Below are positions 31,567 through 41,467 of a stretch of DNA of 64,000 bases, piece by piece (the stretch's first letter is position 1; each line of letters begins with the position of its first letter). The notes under the pieces are model-generated. The model was not told the DNA's origin and searched no databases. It worked only from the letters and a program-made list of their open reading frames with translations. Source of the stretch: an uncultured Bacilli bacterium (lineage in GTDB: Bacteria; Bacillota_I; Bacilli_A; RF39; UBA660); assembly GCA_934131695.1 (NCBI GenBank), contig CAKOZV010000004.1, positions 1,992 to 65,991 of the forward strand, read 5' to 3'. Position numbers and translations under genes: made by a program.

Positions 31567-31674
31567 CTACTTATTTGTCAATTGTTTCAACCTTATTAAT
31601 ACATCAATTTTTTTAGCAATAGAAATATTTTCAATCATAGAATTTAAACATACAATTACATCTTGACTTTTCAT
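31567..31674 (-). CDS. small ORF (35 aa, MKSQDVIVCLNSMIENISIAKKIDVLIRLKQLTNK) with a strong RBS. Function unknown
   Basis: GAGGTGAGAGAGATGA provides an SD 8 nt from the ATG. Not in the ORF track (too short). Confidence 0.3.
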   Translation of the reverse strand: MKSQDVIVCLNSMIENISIAKKIDVLIRLKQLTNK

Positions 31675-31802
31675 CTCTCTCACCTCAATTTTATTCTACA
31701 TATTTTTTAATTATTAGACAACTAATTCGACAAAGCATTACTTTATTTGACAAAGAAAAAAAATATATTTATAATTGATATTACTTTGGGAGGTTTATGT
31801 AT

Positions 31803-32435
31803 ATGGAAACGAAAAACATAATGATTCGTTTAGATAATTTTTTCAAGAAAGAAGAAAATAAAAAATTGTTTTCTATGCTAGGAAAAACACTAGCTGTTGA
31901 AGACGGCTGTATTACTATGCGAAATGGTAGAAAAAAGGAGCAAGTTGTTCTTTTACAAGATGATAAGAATAGAGTTCGTATTAAAGGAAAAGATACTGCC
32001 ATTAGTCTAAGACAAAATGAATATGATTATGTAGTTGATCACATTCAAACCGGTGATATAGAAAAACAAGATATAAACTTTTCTATGCGAATGGTAAAAG
32101 ATAAAAAAGGAAATTGTAAGTATCGTATTAGAACAATTGAAAATGGTGGTGAAGTTATCTGCTGGTTTGGTAATAAAGAAGTATCCATTGAATATTCAAA
32201 ACTTGAAGATAAAAAATATTTCTATAGAGGAAAAAGAGAAAATAATATCAAAACCAATGAAGAAAAAGCAGCTTGTTTTAATACTATGTTGAATTTAGAA
32301 ACTAACTATGCAACATTGACAGGAATTATTTCTACTAACATACCATTAGTTAAAGAAATGATTGACCACTGCAGCACCACAGCTAGAAAAAATAACGAAG
32401 TAAAAATATATCAAATTAAGAAAAAAAATAGGTAA
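31803..32435 (+). CDS. hypothetical protein
   Basis: About 210-aa ORF with RBS GGGAGG. No motif recognised. Confidence 0.45.
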   Translation: METKNIMIRLDNFFKKEENKKLFSMLGKTLAVEDGCITMRNGRKKEQVVLLQDDKNRVRIKGKDTAISLRQNEYDYVVDHIQTGDIEKQDINFSMRMVKDKKGNCKYRIRTIENGGEVICWFGNKEVSIEYSKLEDKKYFYRGKRENNIKTNEEKAACFNTMLNLETNYATLTGIISTNIPLVKEMIDHCSTTARKNNEVKIYQIKKKNR

Positions 32436-32507
32436 ATCCTATTTTTTTATATTTAAAAGATAGAAAAAGCATCTGAAATGATATATAATATATACTAGGT
32501 GAATGAA

Positions 32508-33098
32508 ATGAATTATCCCGGTGGAATAAAAAAGACAAATAACCATCTTATTAATTATAAAAATCGTGGAATGAATTTAGAAGATGACCTAAATCAATCA
32601 AACCACTATTATAAGGAAAAGAATATAGCTTATATCTATAAAAAACCTACTCCAATAAAAGTTAGTAAAGTAGAATTTAAAGGAAAAAGTGCTATTATTA
32701 AAGAAGCTTTTTATATGGAACCTTCTACTACTGACTATAATGGTATTTATAAAGGCTATTACATTGACTTTGAAGCAAAGGAAACAAAGAATAAAACATC
32801 ATTTCCTCTTGCTAATATTCATCTTCACCAACTTAAACATTTAGAAAATATTTCAAATGCTGGGGGAATTGGTTTTCTAATTGTCCGCTTTACAACTCTT
32901 TCGGAAACTTATATACTAATGAATGCTGATTTACAGAATTATATAAATAAAGAAGAAAGAAAATCTATACCACATGATTATTTTGTAAAGCAAGGATATC
33001 TTTTAAAAGAAGGCCTTCGGCCTAGAATAGATTATCTAAGTATTATAGATAATATTTTGGAGGTAAAAAATGAAAAAAAAGACAACACAAAAGTCTAA
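32508..33098 (+). CDS. recU: Holliday junction resolvase RecU
   Basis: It has RecU-like sequence (NYPGG..., YKGYYIDFEAKET, GGIGFLIVRF) and sits just upstream of, and overlapping, ponA as in Bacilli. Confidence 0.8.
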   Translation: MNYPGGIKKTNNHLINYKNRGMNLEDDLNQSNHYYKEKNIAYIYKKPTPIKVSKVEFKGKSAIIKEAFYMEPSTTDYNGIYKGYYIDFEAKETKNKTSFPLANIHLHQLKHLENISNAGGIGFLIVRFTTLSETYILMNADLQNYINKEERKSIPHDYFVKQGYLLKEGLRPRIDYLSIIDNILEVKNEKKDNTKV

Positions 33099-35910
33099 TA
33101 GTAATTTAACCTTAATATTATTAGGATGCTTCTTAGTCTTAATGATTATTAGTTATTTTATTATAGGCTGGTTATTAACTGTTTTCTTAGGAGTAGGTAT
33201 TTTAATAATAGTTGGTCTTGCTAGACTACTAGATAAAGTTAAAAATAAACCAAAGCAGAAAAAGATACTCAATATTATAATAATCGTTATATTATCTTTA
33301 GGTATATTAGTAATGCTTCTTGGAATTTTATTCTTAGCTTATGTAGTTATTAAGGCTCCTAAGTTTGATGTTAATCAATTAAATGAAAAGGAACCAAGTA
33401 TTCTTTACGATATTGATGGTAATGAATTTGAACGACTTGGAACAGAAATGAGAGAAAAAGTAACCTATGATGAATTACCTGAAGTATTAGTAGATGCTAT
33501 TGTTGCTACTGAAGACTCAAGATTCTTCCAACATAATGGATTTGATGCTCCAAGATTTTTAAAAGCCTCATTAGGACAAGCAGTTGGACATAGTGATGCT
33601 GGTGGTGCTTCTACTCTATCCATGCAGGTTATCAAAAACTCATTTACATCAGCTGATGACCATGGTATTAAAGGAATCATTAGAAAGTTTACTGATATTT
33701 ATTTAGCAGTATTTAAACTTGAAAAGAACTATACTAAGGAACAAATAATTGAGTTTTATGTAAATAACCATAACTTAGGTGGTAATATCTATGGAGTTAA
33801 ACAAGCAGCTCTTGCTTATTTCAACAAAGATATTGGTGATTTGAACTTAGCAGAAGCTTCTGTTCTAGCAGGAATGTTTAAAGCTCCTAACCTATATAAA
33901 CCAACTAATACTGATAATATTAAATCAGTTACTAGAAGACGTAACACTGTTTTATATCTAATGGAAAGACATGGTTATATAACAAGCGATGAACGAAAGA
34001 TGGCTAGTGATATTCCAATCGAATCTTTAGTAGATTACAATGTATCTGCACAAAATGGTTTATCTAAGTATCAAGGATATATCGATACTGTAGTAGATGA
34101 ATGTATTGCCAAATATAAAGCAGATCCATATACAGTCTCTATGAAAGTATACACTAACTTAGATAGATCAAAACAAGACGGTGTTGACAAAGTAATGAAT
34201 GGAGAAACATACGAATGGGCAAATGATACTATTCAAAGTGGTGTAAGTGTTCTAGATAGTGCTACTGGTAAAATACTTGCTATTGGAGCTGGTCGTAATA
34301 AAAAAGGTGCTAAAGAGCTAAATCTTGCTACTAGTGACGAAATTAAAAGACAACCTGGTTCTACTGCAAAACCACTATTTGATTACGGACCACTAATTGA
34401 ATACAACAATGCTTCAACCTATGGTTACAATGATAATGGTAGCTATAAAATGTTTGTTGATGAACCTTATTCTTATACTAATGGTAAATCAATTAATAAC
34501 TGGGATGGAACCTTTATGGGAGCTATAACTATGAGAAAAGCCTTGTCTTTATCTAGAAATATTCCTGCTTTAAAAGCCTTCCAGCAAGTAGATAATAAAA
34601 AGATTATTGAATTTGTCCAAAATCTTGGAATTGAACCAGAAATAGAAAATGGTAAAATTCATGAAGCTCATTCTTTAGGAGCCTTCACTGGTGTTAATTC
34701 TTTACAAATGGCTGCTGCTTATGCTGCTTTCTCAAATGGAGGATACTATAATGAACCTTATTCAGTTAGTAAAGTAGTCTTTAGAGATACAGGTGAAGAG
34801 AAAAAACACGAAGGTACTAAAAAACAAGCAATGAGTGATGCTACTGCTTATATGATTACTAGCATCTTAGATGATGTTACTCTAATTGGTACTGGTAATA
34901 TGGATAAAGTTGCTATGAAAACTGGTACTACAAACTTTGATCAAAAAACAAGACAAACACTTGGTATGAGTGATGATGCTATTCGTGATTCATGGGTAGT
35001 TGGTTATACTACTAAGACAGTTATTGGTATGTGGTACGGTTATAAAGACACAACTAGAGATTTAGTTAGTCAAGGATTATATTGTCATAACTTAAGATGT
35101 ACAATTCAAAGAGATAAACTATTTACCGCTATCGCTAACTCAGTATTCGAAAAGAATAAAGAAGAATTTAAAATGCCTAATAGTGTAGTTAAATTAGGGG
35201 TAGTTGTAGGAAGCAATCCAGCTAAAATTGCCGGTGCAGGCTACTCTGGAGCAGTTACTTATGAATACTTCAAAAAAGGTAGTGAGCCTACTAATACACA
35301 AACAGAAGATAGTAATTTAAGTGCTCCAACTAATCTTAAAGCTACTTATAACAGTAGTAATAATTCAGTTAGTCTTTCTTGGGATGCAGTTACTCCACCA
35401 AGTAATAACTCTTATGGAACATTTGGTTATAATGTATATTTCAATAACACATTATTAGGATTTACTAGTAATACATCATTTACTGTAACTAATCCAAGTA
35501 ATCCATATGGTACTTATAAAGTAATCGCTACTTATAAAAGTTATGATGGAATTAAAAGTAATGCTGCTACTTATGAATTAAAGAAAGTAAGTACTACTTT
35601 AAAGGTAACTTACAGAACAATAAGTGGTAACTCATATAATATATCTGATATTAGTAATTATGTTACTGTAACAGAAAATGGTAATGATGTAACTAATAAA
35701 ACTAGTAACTGGAAATTATCATCTATAACAGGACCAGGTGGTGTATCACTATCAACCACTACTCTATCAACACCAGGCACTTATACTTTAAAATATAAAT
35801 TTAGTTATGATGGTGAAACTAAAGAAACTGGTAATATAACAGTTACTATAACCGGAAGTACAAGTCCAACAGAACCTACTGACCCTGGGGAAATAGAAAC
35901 AATTGAATAG
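33070..35910 (+). CDS. ponA: class A penicillin-binding protein 1A (glycosyltransferase + transpeptidase) with a C-terminal Ser/Thr-rich Ig/FN3-like extension
   Basis: GT51 motifs (EDSRFFQHNGFD, RKF...), transpeptidase SxxK (GSTAKP), SxN and KTGT. 946 aa. Confidence 0.9.
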   Translation: MKKKTTQKSNSNLTLILLGCFLVLMIISYFIIGWLLTVFLGVGILIIVGLARLLDKVKNKPKQKKILNIIIIVILSLGILVMLLGILFLAYVVIKAPKFDVNQLNEKEPSILYDIDGNEFERLGTEMREKVTYDELPEVLVDAIVATEDSRFFQHNGFDAPRFLKASLGQAVGHSDAGGASTLSMQVIKNSFTSADDHGIKGIIRKFTDIYLAVFKLEKNYTKEQIIEFYVNNHNLGGNIYGVKQAALAYFNKDIGDLNLAEASVLAGMFKAPNLYKPTNTDNIKSVTRRRNTVLYLMERHGYITSDERKMASDIPIESLVDYNVSAQNGLSKYQGYIDTVVDECIAKYKADPYTVSMKVYTNLDRSKQDGVDKVMNGETYEWANDTIQSGVSVLDSATGKILAIGAGRNKKGAKELNLATSDEIKRQPGSTAKPLFDYGPLIEYNNASTYGYNDNGSYKMFVDEPYSYTNGKSINNWDGTFMGAITMRKALSLSRNIPALKAFQQVDNKKIIEFVQNLGIEPEIENGKIHEAHSLGAFTGVNSLQMAAAYAAFSNGGYYNEPYSVSKVVFRDTGEEKKHEGTKKQAMSDATAYMITSILDDVTLIGTGNMDKVAMKTGTTNFDQKTRQTLGMSDDAIRDSWVVGYTTKTVIGMWYGYKDTTRDLVSQGLYCHNLRCTIQRDKLFTAIANSVFEKNKEEFKMPNSVVKLGVVVGSNPAKIAGAGYSGAVTYEYFKKGSEPTNTQTEDSNLSAPTNLKATYNSSNNSVSLSWDAVTPPSNNSYGTFGYNVYFNNTLLGFTSNTSFTVTNPSNPYGTYKVIATYKSYDGIKSNAATYELKKVSTTLKVTYRTISGNSYNISDISNYVTVTENGNDVTNKTSNWKLSSITGPGGVSLSTTTLSTPGTYTLKYKFSYDGETKETGNITVTITGSTSPTEPTDPGEIETIE

Positions 35911-35924
35911 AAAACCAAAAAAAC

Positions 35925-35965
35925 ATTAGTCTAAGACAAAAGGCTAATGTTTTACTTTAGCATAA
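35925..35965. terminator. bidirectional terminator between ponA and dut
   Basis: AACATTAGTCTAAGACAAAAGGCTAATGTTTT stem-loop. Confidence 0.5.
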
Positions 35966-35977
35966 AAAAGGATTGGT

Positions 35978-36433
35978 CTATTTATCAGTAGAACCAAATC
36001 CCCCATTTCTAACTCCTCCAGCTATATCATTATCAACAGTTAAATATTTTTCAAATACTGCTTGACCAATTATATCACCTTTCTTAACATGTAATTCTTC
36101 CTTACCACAGTTAAAGAAAGCAAAGTAAATATGTCCATCATTATTTTCATTACCATAATAATCAGAATCTACTAAACCAACACTGTTAGCAAGAACAAAT
36201 CCTTTCTTTGGACCACTACTTCTATTAAGTAAGAAAATACATTCATCATCCATACAATAAGCTTTTAAACCAGTAGGAACTAAAGTTGGTTTAATTCCCT
36301 TTTCATAAACAGGAATAACTATATCCTCTGCTGCTTCTATATCATAACCAGCAGCATGTTTAGTCCCTCTTACTGGTAAATGTATATCCTTATCTTCATA
36401 TCCTTTAACTACTTCAAATCCTCTTGTTTTCAT
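35978..36433 (-). CDS. dut: dUTP diphosphatase
   Basis: AAGYDI and LNRSSG...GLVDSDYYG are dUTPase motifs. Confidence 0.75.
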   Translation of the reverse strand: MKTRGFEVVKGYEDKDIHLPVRGTKHAAGYDIEAAEDIVIPVYEKGIKPTLVPTGLKAYCMDDECIFLLNRSSGPKKGFVLANSVGLVDSDYYGNENNDGHIYFAFFNCGKEELHVKKGDIIGQAVFEKYLTVDNDIAGGVRNGGFGSTDK

Positions 36434-36441
36434 AACTTCTC

Positions 36442-37014
36442 CTAACTATTTACTGCGCACTGTACTACAGTTGCTTTATCACTATCACCTATATTGCTAT
36501 TATCTATATATAAAACGACTCTTCCTTCTTCTACACTTTTCTTAACATCAATTATACGTTGGTTACTACTACCTACATAATGTAATCTATCATCATGAAG
36601 TTTCATAACAAATTTACCTTCTAATAAGACATCAATAGAATTTAAAATATCATCTAGATTTTTATCAACTTCTCTTTGAGCGATTAATTCTTCCCAAGTA
36701 TATCCAGTATAGCACCAAATGGTCTTATCTTTGTATAACTGTTTAACATTCATGACTAAATCTCTAATTGTTTTTCTATTACCAAGAAAGAGTGGATCTC
36801 CTCCTGATAAAGTTAGTCCACTACACCAATCTTGGTCAAGCTCATGATAAATCTCTTTTATTGTATCATCATCAAAATTAACACCATCATCAGGATTCCA
36901 CGTAATAGTATTTTGGCAGCCTGGACATTTATGAGAACAACCACTTACCCATAATACAACACGTAATCCTTCACCATTTAACATATCAGCTTTTGTTACA
37001 TTATGATATTTCAT
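36442..37014 (-). CDS. nrdG: anaerobic ribonucleoside-triphosphate reductase activating protein (radical SAM)
   Basis: The GCSHKCPGCQN Cx3Cx2C-like cluster motif, directly downstream of nrdD. Confidence 0.8.
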   Translation of the reverse strand: MKYHNVTKADMLNGEGLRVVLWVSGCSHKCPGCQNTITWNPDDGVNFDDDTIKEIYHELDQDWCSGLTLSGGDPLFLGNRKTIRDLVMNVKQLYKDKTIWCYTGYTWEELIAQREVDKNLDDILNSIDVLLEGKFVMKLHDDRLHYVGSSNQRIIDVKKSVEEGRVVLYIDNSNIGDSDKATVVQCAVNS

Positions 37015-39201
37015 CTACATACTCTTCCTTTCTGAAATTTCTACCATCTTAGCATGATTAAGTCTCGTATCACCATGTACTCTTGAATAAGATAAATATC
37101 CATTCATACGATCAATCTTTGTAAGGTCATCACTTCCACATTTTGGACAGGTATCCATATCTAATTCCTCATGACCACAAACATTACAGTAAGAAAGTGA
37201 TAAGTTAACTCCTTCATAGAAACCTTTATCCATAGCTCTTTCAACATAAGTTTCCATCGCTTTTCTATTATAGTTTAAATTATAACGAACATACTGAATA
37301 CGTCCACCTTTAAATAACTCCCAAAATCTTCCTTCTAAATCTTGTTTTTGTATACCAGTAATATCTTCCCACACACCACAGTGGAAACTATTAGAAACAT
37401 ATTCTCTATCAGATACTCCTTTAATAATACCATATTTCTTTCTAAACTGTTCAACTTGTGTACCACATAAACTTTCAGCTGGAGTTCCATAAATAGCATA
37501 TAAAATTCCATCTTCTTTTTTAAACTCTTGCGTCTTATCATTAATATATCTCATAACTTCAAGAGCAAATTCACCATCTTCTACTAGACTTTTACCATTA
37601 TATAACTCTTGTAATTCATTTAAAGCTGTTACTCCAAAAGAAGCAGTAGATGATTTTAAAATTGGTTCAATAGGCTCATTTGGTTTTAATCTACCTCCAT
37701 AGAATCCTCCTTCACAGTAAGCAAGTGGATTAGTAGATGCTTTCTTCTTAGCTAGATAGTTATAAGTACGAATATGAATCTTACGAATCATTTCTAGATA
37801 ATAATCAAGTACTTCATAGAAATCTTTTTGTTCTTCTCTAGACTTAGCTAAAATCATTGGTAAATTTAAAGAAATTGCTCCAATATTAAATCTTCCAATG
37901 AATACAGGTTGATCATCTTCATCAGCTGGTTCCATTCCACCTCTTTCAAACCAAGGAGATAAGAAAGCACGGCATCCCATCGGACTAATAATCTTTCCAT
38001 ATTTCTTAAACATTGAAGGAACATACCCTTCACCTGTTAATGATAAGTAATCAGGATACATTGTCTTACTACTACAGTCTAGAGCATCTTCAAATAGATA
38101 ATGCATCTTACCACCTTCACCATGAAGATTTTTATCATATAAGAATACTAATTTTGGGAATAAAGTTGGCTTTCTATATCCTGGCTTTCCTTGTCCTTTT
38201 TGATGAGTTTTTAAAATAACTTCACTAATCATTTGTCCAAATCTATCTTCTTCATGTCCAAAAGTAAAAGTTACAAACGGATAATCCCCACGAGAAGAAC
38301 CAACACTATTTAATTTATATTCAATTCCTTGATAACCTTGTTCACATTCACGTCTTGTCTTTTTCCAAGCATATTCTTCAGCTTTTTCTGGATCTTCATT
38401 ATTAGTTATTTCCATATATTCATCATAATACTTATTATAACTTTTCTTAGCATATGGAGTTAGAATAGTATCAACTTCTGGTACTGTAAAGCCACCATAT
38501 TGCATAGCTGCTGTATTGATAATTACATCTCCCATAACATCATAAGCAGTATCAAGGCTCTTTGGTTCATTGTACCATAAATTACCCATTTCAAAACCAT
38601 CTTTCATGACAGCTCCAACATCACATAAACAACAGTTCATAGTATCACGTCTAGCACTCATATCATGAACATAAATATAGCCATCTTCACAAGCTTCTAT
38701 CTCAGCTTTTGTTAAGAAGAATTTCTTATATAATTCTTTATTTAAGTTACCATATACTAAACTTCTTTGGGTAGATACTAAAGCACTATCAGTATTAGAG
38801 TTTTCTTTATCTCCAATATAATTAATTGCTTGAGCTTTTTTATAAACTTTATCTAAGATATGTACAAAATCATTCTTATAGTTACGATATTCTCTATAAC
38901 TTTTAGCTACTAATGGATTAACCTGTTCCAAAGCAGCTTCTACACAGTTATGAATTTGACTGACTTCAGCATCACTAGTTTGATTTTTTAATAAATCAAT
39001 TACAATATTAACAACTTCATCTTTTGCTTCATCAGTTAAATCAACCATTACTCTCTCAGCACTTTTTTCAATTGCACTTCTTATTTTTTCACCATCAAAC
39101 GGTTGTTTAGTGCCATTCTTTTTTATAATATTAATAGGTGGATTTTTATATCTATTCTTTTTTTCCTTTCTCTCTCTTTTTACCTCTTTTACTTTCGCCA
39201 T
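37015..39201 (-). CDS. nrdD: anaerobic ribonucleoside-triphosphate reductase (class III RNR)
   Basis: The N-terminal ATP-cone (KIRSAIEKSAERVM) and a C-terminal Zn ribbon CNVCGHEE...CPKCGSDD followed by the glycyl-radical motif RMNGYLSY. 728 aa. Confidence 0.9.
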   Translation of the reverse strand: MAKVKEVKRERKEKKNRYKNPPINIIKKNGTKQPFDGEKIRSAIEKSAERVMVDLTDEAKDEVVNIVIDLLKNQTSDAEVSQIHNCVEAALEQVNPLVAKSYREYRNYKNDFVHILDKVYKKAQAINYIGDKENSNTDSALVSTQRSLVYGNLNKELYKKFFLTKAEIEACEDGYIYVHDMSARRDTMNCCLCDVGAVMKDGFEMGNLWYNEPKSLDTAYDVMGDVIINTAAMQYGGFTVPEVDTILTPYAKKSYNKYYDEYMEITNNEDPEKAEEYAWKKTRRECEQGYQGIEYKLNSVGSSRGDYPFVTFTFGHEEDRFGQMISEVILKTHQKGQGKPGYRKPTLFPKLVFLYDKNLHGEGGKMHYLFEDALDCSSKTMYPDYLSLTGEGYVPSMFKKYGKIISPMGCRAFLSPWFERGGMEPADEDDQPVFIGRFNIGAISLNLPMILAKSREEQKDFYEVLDYYLEMIRKIHIRTYNYLAKKKASTNPLAYCEGGFYGGRLKPNEPIEPILKSSTASFGVTALNELQELYNGKSLVEDGEFALEVMRYINDKTQEFKKEDGILYAIYGTPAESLCGTQVEQFRKKYGIIKGVSDREYVSNSFHCGVWEDITGIQKQDLEGRFWELFKGGRIQYVRYNLNYNRKAMETYVERAMDKGFYEGVNLSLSYCNVCGHEELDMDTCPKCGSDDLTKIDRMNGYLSYSRVHGDTRLNHAKMVEISERKSM

Positions 39202-39509
39202 TTTTTTACACCTCTTTGTTTTCTTATTTATTCATTCGACAACTCGATTATACGCATCTTTTTTAGTTAAATGCAATAGTTTTTATTATTTTTATATTTT
39301 TATTTTTGTTCGATTTACATATTATTTAGTTAAAAAAACATTTTATGTCTTTTAAACATATTTTTGCTTTCATCCTTTATTTATAAGGATTTTAAAGAAA
39401 ATGAATTTTATTTTTTTAAGATGTTTTTTTTGAGTATTTTTTTAAATCATTGATTTTATAAGCATTTACAAGTATAATTAATATAGAAAAAAGGGAGTGT
39501 AAATTATAT

Positions 39510-41462
39510 ATGATAAATATGTCAACATTTGACACTTTAACAGTTGTCAAAAGAAGTGGTCAAAGAACTAGTTTTCAAGGTGAAAAAATAGCTCTTGCTA
39601 TTCAAAAAGCCTTCCATTCACTAGATATACCTTATAAAGATGAAGATGTTAATAAAGTATATTCTAAGGTACTTAAAAAGATAGAGAAAGAATATAAAGA
39701 TAGAAAAACAATAAATATTGAAAATATTCAAGATTTAATTGAAGAGGTGTTAAAAGAGAATAACTTTGAAGATGTTTATCTTGCCTTTTCTACCTATAGA
39801 GAACATAGAAATGCTTCAAGATCTGCTTTTGTTATGAAACAACAACATAAGTTTTTAAAAGCTATTGAAAGACTTGGTCTAGATAATATTGATGATAACT
39901 TAAAGGAACGTCCTAATTCATTTCTATTACAGTTTGGAGAAACTATCTCATCAGAGTTTGCTAAAGCTTATTTACTAGATACTAAAACAGTAAGATGCCA
40001 AGATGCTGGAATATTTAATCTTCATTCAATAGAAACTATACCATTTGGTATGATAGCAACCTGTGATGTAGACCTTATTGAGCTTGCTACCCTTGATACT
40101 GATTTTGCCAAAGAGTTAAATTCTATAGACAAAATTAATACCTATCTAAATAGAATCAAATTATATCTAGATAGTCTTAGTAAAGAAGTATATCAAAGTA
40201 TCTCGTTAATTAATTTTGACTTAGTCTTAGAAAATGTCATACTTAAAGAATTTAAATCAATCTTAAAGGAATATATAGATATATATTTAGATGCTAATTA
40301 TTTAGCTAATTATCTAACTATAACAGGTATTGATAACATAACATCATTTGATATAACCCCCGCCTACTTTGCTATAGATAATGATACACCTTTATATTTA
40401 GCGTTTTCTACTATTATTAAGAAAGCTAAACTAAAGTGTGAGAAAAATTTTACTTCTTCTTTAAAGATTTTCTTTAGGACAATATCTTTTCCACTAGCAA
40501 TAAACTTTGGAACTAATAATTCTATTAAGGATTTAATAATAAAATCACTAGTAAATAATAAATATATAGAATATTACTATCAAGGAGAAATGACTGAAGA
40601 GATTGCCACTACTATGCTTAACTACTCTAATTTATATTTTATTAATAAAGACGCTTCTTTTAATAAAGCTATTAAAGAAAATGTTAACTATGGTTACAAT
40701 TCTCTAAGGGTTATAGAAGATAATACTACTATTGATAAAAAGATTATTGGTGGTAAAGGTAATATATCTTGTATATCTATTAATCTAGTTAGAATAGCCC
40801 TTAAAAGTAAGAATACAAAGACCAAAGAGACTGATTATAGATTATTCTACCAAGAACTAGAAAAAGTACTAAAACAAGCGAAAGATGCCCTTTTAGAAAG
40901 ATTTGAACTACAAGTAGATAAAACTATTCTTCACTTTCCAACTTTATATCAGTTAGGTACTTGGCATGATGGAGAAAAGTTAAAGGATAAGGATAGATTA
41001 AGAAAACTACTAAAGCATGGTACCCTAGCCTTTCATATAGTTGGTATATCAGAAGCAATTTACACTTTAACTGGAAATAAGGATGAAGAAATAACTTTTA
41101 ATCTAGCTAAAGATATCTTAAAATTCATGCAAAAAAAGATAGATAATTATAGTGAACAGAATAATCTGAACTTTGTTTTAACCACTTATAATGATACAAA
41201 CATAGAAACAGAGTTTAAAAAGCAAGATGCTGCTATATTTGGTAAAATAAAAGATGTTACTAACAAAGATAAATATTTAGAAGGTATTACTCTTCCTATA
41301 AGTGATTTGAAACAAGCAAGTCTGCAAAAATACCTATTAGGAGGTTCTTCCTTAGGAATAGTAGTAAAAGATGAAAAACAATTATTAAATAAGTATCAAT
41401 TTCTAAAAGATAACAATATAGGATGTTTTAATGTAAAAAGAAAAGAGCTATCAATCAAATAG
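39510..41462 (+). CDS. NrdD-like paralog with an intact ATP-cone that lacks the C-terminal Zn-ribbon and glycyl-radical motif (probable non-catalytic/regulatory)
   Basis: The ATP-cone reads VVKRSGQRTSFQGEKIALAIQKAF. The downstream region aligns loosely with NrdD (LDTKTVRCQDAGIFNLHSI vs LTKAEIEACEDGYIYVHDM, and GMIATCDVDLIEL vs NCCLCDVGAVM). It ends ...NIGCFNVKRKELSIK without the CxxC...CxxC...RxxGY tail. Confidence 0.6.
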   Translation: MINMSTFDTLTVVKRSGQRTSFQGEKIALAIQKAFHSLDIPYKDEDVNKVYSKVLKKIEKEYKDRKTINIENIQDLIEEVLKENNFEDVYLAFSTYREHRNASRSAFVMKQQHKFLKAIERLGLDNIDDNLKERPNSFLLQFGETISSEFAKAYLLDTKTVRCQDAGIFNLHSIETIPFGMIATCDVDLIELATLDTDFAKELNSIDKINTYLNRIKLYLDSLSKEVYQSISLINFDLVLENVILKEFKSILKEYIDIYLDANYLANYLTITGIDNITSFDITPAYFAIDNDTPLYLAFSTIIKKAKLKCEKNFTSSLKIFFRTISFPLAINFGTNNSIKDLIIKSLVNNKYIEYYYQGEMTEEIATTMLNYSNLYFINKDASFNKAIKENVNYGYNSLRVIEDNTTIDKKIIGGKGNISCISINLVRIALKSKNTKTKETDYRLFYQELEKVLKQAKDALLERFELQVDKTILHFPTLYQLGTWHDGEKLKDKDRLRKLLKHGTLAFHIVGISEAIYTLTGNKDEEITFNLAKDILKFMQKKIDNYSEQNNLNFVLTTYNDTNIETEFKKQDAAIFGKIKDVTNKDKYLEGITLPISDLKQASLQKYLLGGSSLGIVVKDEKQLLNKYQFLKDNNIGCFNVKRKELSIK

Positions 41463-41467
41463 TTCTT

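Noticed and set aside
31781-32002. 73-aa ORF on the minus strand
   Set aside because: Antisense to the better-supported plus-strand gene 31803-32435. No RBS.
33465-33680. 71-aa ORF antisense in ponA
   Set aside because: Shadow ORF.
37335-37541. 68-aa ORF within nrdD (and the 68-aa ORF at 38013-38219 on the opposite strand)
   Set aside because: Contained in or antisense to nrdD.
39110-39355. 81-aa Phe-rich ORF spanning the nrdD start region
   Set aside because: Low-complexity translation of the AT-rich promoter region. It overlaps the nrdD N-terminus on the other strand.
39202-39509. Long AT-rich intergenic region between nrdD and the NrdD-like paralog, examined for an NrdR box or riboswitch
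   Set aside because: No convincing NrdR-box pair or structured RNA motif could be recognised by eye. Most likely just divergent promoters.
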